From the NCBI GenBank assembly GCA_008632985.1, contig QPGO01000032.1, forward strand, positions 307,330 through 371,329: a stretch of 64,000 bases of DNA, in the 5' to 3' direction. Both the position numbers and the translations under genes were made by a program. Below, piece by piece: positions 50,830-60,960 of the stretch. Source of the stretch: Psammoneis japonica (Eukaryota). Position 1 is the stretch's first letter. Every line of letters begins with the position of its first letter. The notes beneath the pieces were generated by a model. The model did not search any database. It worked only from the letters and a program-made list of their open reading frames with translations, and was not told where the DNA came from.

Positions 50830-50985
50830 GTGATTGTGCCATCTCCTCTTGTCACTGTGCAGCATGCCAGAGCACCGCTTCATCTGCTGTGGGCACAAAA
50901 GGCTGCCGTGATTGTGCCATCTCCTCTTGTCACTGTGCAGCATGCCAGAGCACCACTTCATCCACTGTGGGCACAAAAGGCTGCC
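50830..50985 (+). repeat. 78-bp tandem duplication
   Basis: tgattgtgccatctcctcttgtcactgtgcagcatgccagagcacc...gggcacaaaaggctgcc twice. Confidence 0.95.
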
Positions 50986-51049
50986 AATCACTGTTGCACT
51001 TCCTTCTTGAAAAAGATGGGATGTCCTTTGATGACTTGTGCACCATTCT

Positions 51050-54000
51050 GAGGCACTGAGCAATGCTGCAAAGCAGAGCAATGCTGCATTTTCACATCAA
51101 CGCCAACTGGCTTTGTTGGAAATTCATCCATTGCACAAGTGGCCCTGCACACTCCATGGTTGGTTTTGCTGTGCTGTTTGCAGCCACCAGCATGGATGTC
51201 ATTGTCGTGATTGACAACTTGACATCATGACACCACATTGAAGAAGGCTGCTGTTGTGCATGATGCAGTGGCAGAGCAAGCCAGAGTTGATGCCATGCAG
51301 TTGCAAAAACATTTGTTGGCTCTGACAGACAAGTCCAGAGATCCAGAGCTCCTGCAAGGTCAGGTGGCTGAGTTGAAGGAGATGATCAGCCGGCTTGAGT
51401 CCATCATCAACACCAAGGTGAGCACTGTGCAGAAACAATCTAGTTTTTTTTGCATTTGTGCCAGATTTCTGCCATGCTGTTGCCAGTTTGCTGCTGGACA
51501 TTGCTTCAAATGTTGCTGTCATGGAGGCCAAGTTTCAAGCTGATGCAGTCATTTGCCCTGCTGCAGTGCATGGCAAATGTGAAGTGGCCACAGCCAATGA
51601 CAATGACTTCCCCATGTTGGTGGGAGATCCCATGCTGCCAGTTCATGATTTCAAACCTGAAAGAAACAAGCAATGGCATGGATCTTTCCAGCTGGCATGA
51701 TCTCATCTGTCTGTTGTGGAGGAAGCTGTGTGTGATGTTCTTAAACAGAAAGGGGAGAAAACAACTTGCCAAGGAAATGAGTCCATTTGGGACAGACAAT
51801 TTCATGTTGCACATGGCTGTTGTGGTTGGAATGGACTGTGATGATGATCCAGGCAGAGCATCCAATGTTGGCTCAGCTAAAATTTGAGATCTTGTTGGAG
51901 AAAAAGGATTCAGTGCTGAACAATTGTTTCAGCACTGTTCCAAGGAGCAGAGACGGGTTTGCCAACGGCAGTCTTCAGGACATTTGCGCTGGCAATTTTG
52001 TGCAAGCTGGGAGACACTGTTGATGATGACACCAGCACAGCAAACAACAAATGCACCCATCACAATCCTCCTCCAACAACCTTTCCAGTGTTCCTTAAAG
52101 AATTTGGCAGTGGCGGCTCTGTGGAGACAGACAAAAGCCTGGGACTGGCTCAACGCTGCAGCTCCAAAGCAAGTGTGCACTCTTTCATGGAGGACAAGGG
52201 CTTGCATGGATTTTCTTTGATCAGATGAAATGAACAAGATGGAGGTGGCTGCTGTTGTTGGTTGCCTGCAGTGCCACAGAGGAAGCAAGCATCCCAGCAT
52301 TCCAACGTGCACTTCCAGACACCCTTGTTGAAACCTGTGAGGGTTCTGGAGTCAACAACAATGGCAAATGACTGATGCAATGGGTGTGTCATCATTCAGA
52401 AGATGCCCAGTTGCCACCCATCAGCAAAGCTGATGAAGCCATTGAGCTCATTGATGGCAAGGCTTGCCTTTGTGTTAAAACCAAAATCCATGCATCAATG
52501 AAAGGGATGCATTGCCAAACCGTGCTTGCCTTTCAGAAGAAGGCCTGGCTTGTTGCAGCTATAATTGCAAGTCAGGAAGTCACTGTGCCAAGCATGTGGT
52601 TGATGTTCATGTTCTGGAAGCCATGCAAAAACTGCCCCACTTGTTGTTGAACAGTCTTGCAGCACATGCTCACCATGAGCTTGCTGTGCAATGGGGCAAT
52701 GCAGAGCCTGCTCTTGAAAGCATGATGAAGAAAGTCTTGTTGATGACTTGCAATGGCTGGGGTCAGTTATGAATCCAGCCAAGCACTGTGCCACCATCGA
52801 TGAGTCAAAAACAATGTGAGAGCTGCTCAATGACCATGCTGTTGGAACAGAGAAATCCAAACTGATGCCAGAACCACCACCGGCATGGCATCTGTGCAAA
52901 CCGCTGAGAGACTGTCAGCGCATTGATCCATTGCAGAAATTGATCAAGCATGTGCAGAAAGCAACAAAAACAATGAACAGCGATGCAACTCTGAGTGCAA
53001 CTCCCATTGGGATGCCCAACTGGGCTTTGATGGCAGCTGCCATGGATTGCTTGACAGACCTCCAAAAGGATGAAACTGGTCTCACACAAACAAATCACAA
53101 GAGGAAGCATCCGGCTTTTGACTGCTGTGGGAGCAATCCAAGGTGAGTGCTGTCTGCTCGCATTTGATGATTCATCAGTGCAAAGCAATGCCATTGCTGC
53201 TGTTGCAGAGGTGTTGGGGAGTTGCAGCAGGCCCACAAAGCAAAAAGCTGCTGCTGAGTTGGTGCAAAGGGCCAGGGGTGGAGTGATGACAAGGAGCAAA
53301 ATGGAGAAGCAAAAGAAGAAGCAACAAAAGCATCACACAGGGCACAAGAGTTGCTGCTTCAGAAATGAGCATTGCAAGAATGGTGAGCTTGCTCATCAAA
53401 TGCATTGAGTCACCACCATGCCAACACGTCCTGCTGTGTTGGCCCCAATGGACAAAAGGGACAGGAGCTGGAAGTCACACCATGAGAAACCAGCTCTGCA
53501 TTGAGAGTTGTTGGACAGTCTTGGTTTGTCAAGAGATGACAAATGTGAGGATCTGAGATGCTGTGATGACCATGGGATTCAAGAGGAAAAAAAAACATTG
53601 TGCATCAGTTTCATGATCCCAAAGACTTGTGAATCGAGTGCAGGAATTGACCAGCACCCAGTCACTCTGTAAATTGCTTGCACTGCAAGTGCAAAATCAT
53701 CCTTGGCAGATTCATCAAGCAGCAGCAGGGGTGAGCTGTTGAGAGAAGGAAACTTGCAGAAATCAAGTGGCTGCAGCACAACATCATGGCAAAGGGGTGA
53801 ATGGAGAATTGGCAGCATTGCAGCCAGGTGGGATTCAAAGCTTGGAAGCTGATGGAAGAGAGGGATTGACAGGTTTGCCCACAATGCAAAAAAATTTTGA
53901 AGGCAATTTTGCAACCAATTCTCCAAGCTGCTCAACTCGATGTGCGCCTGAAGGACTTGCCTGGAAAGAAGAAAGCAAGAATTGCACAAAACAATCCAAC

Positions 54001-55260
54001 TCTCTCAAGACTTGCCAAGAGAGACAGAATTGTCCCATCGTCACACCAAAAGGCCTCCACCCAGAACAGGTTGATGAGAAAACTGGATTCTTGGATTTGC
54101 TCTGTTTGCATTGCCACGTTGTGATTGTTTGCGGTGGAGACATGGAAGTTGCAAAGAGCTGTGTTAGCTCACTCACTTGGCATGAAGAATGGTGCGCATG
54201 CTTTGAGTTTGCATGGAACAGAACAGTTGCTTCAATCAGCAGCCTTGCCAGCAAGTGCAACGCAATGCCAAAGGTTGTGAAAAAGGTGCTGACATCAAAA
54301 ATGGCAGCAGTCAAGGTGGTGCGCAACAACTGGCTGAGGCATGCAACTGTTGCTCAAGATGAAAAATTGCTGAGTGAGAAATGGGTTGGGCAAAGTGAAG
54401 CAAAGCACCCTGTGTTCCACAGCAACACTGGAGCACCTCATGAAAACAATGGCAAGCCATCAGATGCTGAGTTGCAGTGCCTGACTTGCTCCAGCTGCTG
54501 TGATGTGTGTGGGGGCAAGGGAGGCACATGCACCCAACCCTGCGGCTGAATGGGGGCACACTTGAAATTCACCCAGGAGCAATGTCAGACTCAGATCATT
54601 TCAACAAAAGTGGGCTGCTTGAGGTGCAGCAGAAATTCCAAGAGGAAGATGGTGGAACATCTTTCCTCAACATCCCAGATCAAGGTCACCAATCCACGCA
54701 GGTGGCTTGGCAGAGTGAATGCCAGTTTGTGCTTTGGCTGACATTTTCTCAGAATGATCACAAATTCAACACATGTGAAGTGCTTCAGTTGTCGTCAGTG
54801 GCAGCAGATGGGTTGGGCAATGCACAGGCTGTCCATGTCTCAAAGTCATTGGGGTGTGTCAAAGTCGGCATCAAGGTCAACTCAAGTGCCAAAGTGCAAT
54901 GAGCTTGTGACATCTGGCTCACCCTTGGATTTCAGGCCAACTTTGTGTGCACAAGCCTGCAACGTAAACAGCAGCTGCTTTGCAGTGATTTTAATTGCAG
55001 ACTCTTTTTGGTCATTTGGAACTCTCAGTTTGGTTTTACCGTGTAATTTCTCAAAATTCACTGCACGCGAGAAATCCAGTAATCCGTTTATTTTTCCCAG
55101 CAATTTGCGTTTTTTCTGGAACAATATACTGGATTGGAATTTTTTAACGGATTAATTACTGGATGAGGCATTTTGGGTAAAATAATGACCTAATTACTGG
55201 GACATTCCAGAAAACGACCTTTTTTTACCGGAATTATTTCTGGATGCCTTGCATCGTCCG
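51050..55260 (+). mobile_element. Decayed PIF/Harbinger-ISL2EU-like DNA transposon: XPG/FEN1-like nuclease, SWIM-like finger, THAP-like segment and DDE_Tnp_4-type transposase; ends approximate
   Basis: EAKFQADAVI...ANDNDF and DCDDDPG..NVG..KI (XPG-I/H3TH); IHASMK...CSYNCKSG...VHV; LRCCDDH; KPSDAELQCLTCSSCC..GKGG..QPCG, GAMSDSDHF, DQGH, GNAQAV. Confidence 0.75.
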
Positions 55261-55698
55261 TTTTTCCGTTAGATGACGCGACAATACAGTGTGTCAACGA
55301 TCATCAACGTTCATTATTGCGCACCTGTGCTTGCACCATGATGATAAAAGCCGCAACCTCATTCTTCATCTCTTTCGTTGCTGTGTTCCGTTTGATGCAA
55401 ACAATGACAGAATGACAAAGCGTTGGCTCTGCAAGTGTTTTTCATTTCTTTGGCCGTCAATTTCCGCAGCGAGGCAAGCATTGTGGTGTTTGTTGGCCCC
55501 ACTCCACCCAAGTTCCCAAGAAAGCCATCTCCTGAGCTTTTGTTTTTCGCGCATTGTGGTGGTCCCCTTCTCTTGTGGCAAGGATCCACGACGGTGCACA
55601 CATCCGCGGGGCTCCGTGCTTCTGCATTCCGTCACACACACGGCGGACGTGTGGCGACTGGCATCTCCCCACCACCAATGCATCCAAGAAAGACCGTG

Positions 55699-55833
55699 GT
55701 CATGCCATGCTTTTTTCATCAGTGGGAGCCACATCGGTCCATCGGTCCAATGATTTGCGTCAGCCAGTCATGCCATGCTTTTTTCATCAGTGGGAGCTGC
55801 ATCGGTCCATCGGTCCAATGATTTGCGTCAGCC
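55699..55833 (+). repeat. 68-bp tandem duplication
   Basis: gtcatgccatgcttttttcatcagtgggagc(ca/tg)catcggtccatcggtccaatgatttgcgtcagcc twice. Confidence 0.95.
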
Positions 55834-56249
55834 GATGCGAGCGCAGTGTCGCTCCGTCCTTGTCCCCATCCGCGGCAGCGGTGTCGCGCAACGTGACGAT
55901 TGATGCCATGTGTCTGCCTCACCTTCTGGCTCTCCCGACTTTTGGTCTGTCGCCTGGAGGACTGCTGTGCCTTCGTCAGCTTGTCCCACAGCATTTGTCT
56001 GTCGTCTGATTTGGGCGGTGCACCGAGTGAAGCTCTGCACGGAGGCCCCACTGATGAACCTTCTAGTGCCATCCCTCTGATGCGTGTCAAGCCAACATCC
56101 AACCGGCGAATCTAGTGTGTCACCGTCTTTTTCCTCATCAACAGCACACCCAGTGACGTGCCTGCACTGTTGCCCTTTGCTCGTTGGATCCCTTTCAGTT
56201 GTCGATGATGAACTCGGTTCCTCTGGGACGCAAAATGTGCACGGTGTGC

Positions 56250-56847
56250 ACCAAACTGTCACATGTTGTTTGTTTTGCCAGTTCTCACATGTTTTCTGAC
56301 ACGCGTGGCATGCTTTTGGCTTTGCAATTTCCCCTGCACAGTCCATCTCCCTCCACTCCGAGGTTGCAACATAGCGATCTCTTGGTGATTCATTGTCTGG
56401 ACTTGTGATGTGCTTTTTTAGCCACGGCAAGAAGAGGCACTCGTGGAGAATGTCTTCTGCCACGAAGTTGCTGCATGCATTGTCACAGACCGCCGCCGCA
56501 GTGCACTCCGTCCACCCAAAGTGCGTTGCCCCGAAAATTTCCTCTCCCTCATCTTGCACACGTTCAATCTCAATGCACCTTTCTCCTTTTACAGGAATCC
56601 CATGCTTGCCGTTGCCAAGACACAAAACAGACAGCAGCTTGTGTTTCCGAAGAGAAGCTTGAGCTTCCTCCTCATCCTTGCACAGGGGATGGGGCTTGTA
56701 GCGGATTCTTTCTTTGTAAGTGTCTGAACCATTGTCGTCAGTGCCGTTGTAATCGTCTGCTTCATCTTCATCAAACTCGACCTCAACGTGTTCTGTTTCG
56801 CCTTTGCCCTCGCCTCCCTCTTCCTCCATCTTGGTTGGCTCTGACAC
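56250..56847 (-). pseudogene. Degenerate protein-coding remnant, probably transposon-derived
   Basis: Protein-like reading (acidic stretch, KLLSVLCL, HECLFLPWL, YVATSEWREMD) inside the repeat block; family not identified. Confidence 0.4.
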
Positions 56848-57104
56848 TCTCTTTTTTGCACCCTAGAATGCGAATTTGACAGCGAGTGAAGGAAACATCA
56901 AGGGTGTGTTGTGCTTGAATGACAACACATCACTTGCTGGGAGGGTGTCTCGCGTCATTCCCACTCTGACGCAGGTGAGTGTTCTCGTCTAGATTCAGTT
57001 TTTGTTGTTGAGAGTTGGCCCAGACACTCTCTTCCAGACACCCTAGAATGCAAATTTGACAGAGTGCAGGAAACATCAAGGCTGTGTCATGCTTGAATGA
57101 CAAT
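56834..57104 (+). repeat. Two diverged ~90-bp copies spaced 180 bp apart
   Basis: gacactctctt...accctagaatgc.aatttgacag...ggaaacatcaagg.tgtgt..tgcttgaatgacaa near 56842 and 57023. Confidence 0.85.
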
Positions 57105-57389
57105 GCAGAGGGTCACAGAGAAGGGCGCGGATCGGGATTGTTTTGTTGTGGGGGTCGCGTTGAGTTTTCCAGGAGCGCCAGTGCATCAAATGTGTCAAAA
57201 CATTAAATCTAAATGACTGATGAAGTTCTGTGCATTTGCTCTAGATGACTGCCACAGAATGGTTTCCATTGTTTGCTGCCACAGAGAGGAGCCGCCATTT
57301 GCTGCGGAATTTGCTGTGAAGTGTGTCTGTTGATGAGAGTGGGCGGAGAAAGTCATGGCCACGGCGGCTGTCACTCCACACAGATTGAT

Positions 57390-58120
57390 GGCACCAACCA
57401 ACCCAACAACTGCAGCCAGAGCACATTGGGGGTCTTTGGTGGACCCCAGGCAGGCTTTAAGAACTGTGGTTGATGCTTTCAAGGCCACTCTGGCACAGTT
57501 GTTGCCCCAGTCACTTTACACCACAATGAGGGTGAGACTTGAAACCCCAACTCCACAGTGAAAGAATGCCATGAATGCATCAACCAACCCAACAACTGCA
57601 GCCAGAGGGCACTGGGTGCCTTTGGTGGACCCCAGGCAATGCTTTGGGAACTGTGGTTGAGAGTTGCAAGGCCACCCTGGCTCAGCTGTGGCCCCATGTT
57701 GCTTCAGCCCACACCGCGCCAAGGGCGAGACTTGAAATCCCAAGTCCACAGTGAAAGGACACCATGAGTGCACCAAACAATCCAGCAACTGCAGTCAGAG
57801 GGCATTGAGGGTCTTTGGCGGACCCCAGGGGACACTTTGCGGGGTGTGATTCTGAGAGTTGCAAGGCCAGCACCCTGGCTCAGCTGTGGCCCTGGCCGTG
57901 TCACTTCTCACCATGCCAAGGGTGAGACTTGAAACCCCAACTCTGCAGTGGAAGGATGCCATGAATGCACCAACCAAGAACCCAACAACTGCAGCAAGAG
58001 GGCATGGAGATCTTTGGCAGACCCCAGGCAACACTTTGAGAACTGTGGTTGAGTTTTGCAAGGCTGTTCTGGTGCAGTTGTTGCCCTTGTGTCACTTCAC
58101 ACCACTCCAAGGGTGAGACT
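57390..58120 (+). repeat. Tandem array 1: ~4 diverged units of ~186-197 bp
   Basis: caaccaacccaacaactgcagccagag...gaccccagg...gggtgagacttgaaaccccaa starting near 57391, 57577, 57770, 57967. Confidence 0.9.
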
Positions 58121-58199
58121 GGATGAGCACCCCAATTGTGTCACAAAAAAGTTGTCAGCTGAGAGCTCTGGCCATTTTGCTGTGCTCTTTGGGTGGGTT

Positions 58200-59400
58200 T
58201 TGAGAGCTTTCAATGTGGTTGGCTTGGTTCATCTGGTGTTGTTTTGGCCCAACATTGCCCAAGACCAGCACAAGACAGACTTGATCACCTCATTTGGACA
58301 ATGGATGGACACCTCAATGCAACAAACTGACTGTGCAGTTGTCAACCAAGGATTCTGGCCTGCTCACTGTGTCCCTGAGGTGGTTTTTAAGAGCATTCAT
58401 TGTGGTCAGAAAGGTTCATCTGTCGTTGTTTGGGTCAAAATCTTGCCCAAAGCTGGCAGCAGACAGACTCATTTTTTGTCTGCTGGACAATGGATGGGTG
58501 CCTCAAGCATGGCAAATGAACCAAACAGCAGTTGCTTGCAGAGTGCTGCAGACAACTCAATGTGACCCAGGGGTGGACTTCAAGAGCAGTGGTTGGCTTG
58601 GCTTGTCTTGTGTTGCAGTGTTGGCCCAACATCAGCACCCCAGCAGTCTGCAGACAGACTCATTTTCTGTCTGGACAATGGACAGATGCCCCAAGCATGG
58701 CAAACAAACCAAGCAGCAGTCAGTTGCTTGTGGAGGGCTCCAGACAACTCAATGTGACACAGGGGTGGACTTCAAGAGTGGCAGCTGGCTTGGCTCATCT
58801 TGTGTTGCAGTGTTGGCCCAACGTCGCCCCAGCAGTCTGCAGACAGACTCATTTTCTGATTTTCTGTCTGGACAATGGACAGATGCCTCAAGCATGGCAA
58901 ATGAACCAAACAGCAGTTGCTTGCAGAGGGCTCCAGACAACTCAATGTGACCCAGGGGTGGACTTCAAGAAAGGTGGTTGTTGGCTTGGCTCATCTTGTG
59001 TTGCAGTGTTGGCCCAACATCACCCCAGCAGTCGCTGCAGACAGACTCATTTCCTGTCTGGACAATGGACAGATGCCTTGAGCATGGCAAACAAACCAAA
59101 CAGCAGTCAGTTGCTTGCAGAGGGCTCAGGACAACTCAATGTGACCCAGGGGTGGACTTCAAGAGTGGCAGCTGGCTTGGCTCATCTTGTCTTGTGGTTT
59201 TGGCCCAACATCACCCCCCAGCAGTCTGCAGACAGACTTGTTTTCTGTGTCAAAATGGTCACCTCACGCATGACAAACACACCAAACAGTTGCCAGCAAA
59301 GGGCTCCAGCCAACTCAATGTGACCCAGGAGTTGACTTCAAAAGTGGCACTTGGCTTGGCTCATCTTGTGATGTTGTTTTGGCCAAACATCACCCCAATC
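58200..59400 (+). repeat. Tandem array 2: ~6 units of ~180-194 bp; related degenerate copies at ~61080-61740
   Basis: caactcaatgtgacccaggggtggacttcaag near 58561, 58753, 58946, 59140, 59320; tgtgacccag again near 61247, 61391, 61631. Confidence 0.92.
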
Positions 59401-59479
59401 TGGGATCTGGCGCAGGTGCCTCCTCCTCTTCCTCACTCAAGAACACTGTTTGTGTCCAAAGGACAATCATCTCAAAGGG

Positions 59480-60960
59480 TTGAGCACAGTTTGGGTGGCT
59501 TGCTCAACTGCAGTTGTGGTGGCAAAGCAAGTGTGCAAAGCAATTTGCCTGGTTGTGGTGGCAGAGCAGCCTCTGTGAGTGCAGAGCTGCACATTGGCCA
59601 GGTGTCAGCCAGCAGAAAAGTCACTTGTGACAAAGTGTTTGCAGCTTTTTCTTTTGAGCACACTCTGCATGTCCCAAGACACAACCTCAATGTGTTGAGC
59701 ACAGTTTGGGTGGTTTGCTTGACTCTGCAGTTGTGTTGGCACCAGAGCAAAGTCTCGGAAGCCTGTGGAGAAACCTGGTGGCACCAAGGTTTTGGCCACC
59801 AGAAAAAGTCACTTCTGCCCAACCTTTTGCACTCTCAGCTTCTGAGCACACTCTTCACATCTCAATGCACAAAGTCAAAGGTTTGAGCACAGTTTGGGTG
59901 GGTTTCTTGGTTGTGGTTGTGCTGGCACAGAGCAGCCTCTGGGTGTGCAGAGAACCCTGGTGGTGAGGTGTTAGCCAGCAGAAAAAGTCACTTCTGCCAA
60001 AGTTTTTGCAGTCTTGTCTGCTGAGCTTGCACTCTGTCCATGTCCCAAAGGACAGTTTCAAAGGGCTGAGCACAGTTTGGTTGGTTTGGTGGGGGGGAGT
60101 GTGGCTGTGGAACTGGAGCAAAGTCTGGGGAGCCTGCAGAGAAACCTGGTGGCACCACAAAGTTTTGGCCACCAGAAAAAGTCACTTTTGCCAAACCTTT
60201 TGCACTCTCACCTTCTGAGCACAATCTTCACATCTCAGTGCACAATCTCAAAGGCTTGGGCACAGTTTGGGTTGGTTTCTTGGATGTGGTTGTGCTGGCA
60301 GAGCAGCCTCTGGGTGTGCAGCAGAGCAAACAGAAAAAATCACTTCTGCCAAGAGTTTGCAGTCTTGTCTTCTGAGCTCACTGTCCATGTCCCAAGGAAC
60401 AGTCTCAAAAGGCTGAGCACAGTTTGGGCAATTTGGTGGAGTGTGGCTGTGGAACTGGAGCAAAGACTGGGCAGCCTGCAGAGAAACCGGCAGTGGCACC
60501 AAAGTTTTGGCCACCAGAAAAAGCAACTTCTGCCAATTCTTTTGCACTCTCAGCTTCTGAGCACACTCAACCTCAAAGGCTTGGACACAATTTGGGTGGG
60601 TTTCTTGGCTGTGGTTGTGCTGGCAGAGCAGCCTCTGGGTGTGCAGAGAACCCTGGTGGTGAAGTGGCTCTGTCAGCCAGCAGAAAAAGTCACTTCTGCC
60701 AAAGTTTTTGCAGTCTTGTCTTCTGAGCTCACTGTCCATGTCCCAAGGAATGGTCTCAAAGGGCTGAGCACAGATTGGGCTGGTTCTTTCTTGACTGAGG
60801 TTGTGGTGGCAGGGCAGCCTCTGTGTGTGTGCAGAGTTCTTGTGTGATGGCCAGGTGTCAGCCAGTGGAAAAAGTTGCTTCCAACTGATGCAAAAAATGG
60901 TTTGCACCCCAAGCTTCTGAGCACACTCTTCCTGTCCCCAGACACAATCCCAAAGCATTG
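59480..60960 (+). repeat. Tandem array 3: ~8 units averaging ~180 bp, alternating A/B subtypes (higher-order dimer of ~350-370 bp)
   Basis: gagcacagtttgg-like anchor near 59482, 59697, 59885, 60068, 60258, 60416, 60583, 60766; agaaaaagtcacttctgcc-like motif in most units. Confidence 0.88.

Noticed and set aside
50600..51050. Left TIR/TSD of the Harbinger-like element
   Set aside because: No convincing inverted match to the 55.0-55.3 kb end was found by eye.
57390..60960. CRISPR array
   Set aside because: Whole ~190-bp units are repeated and diverged, with no short constant repeat plus unique spacer; no cas genes; eukaryotic context.
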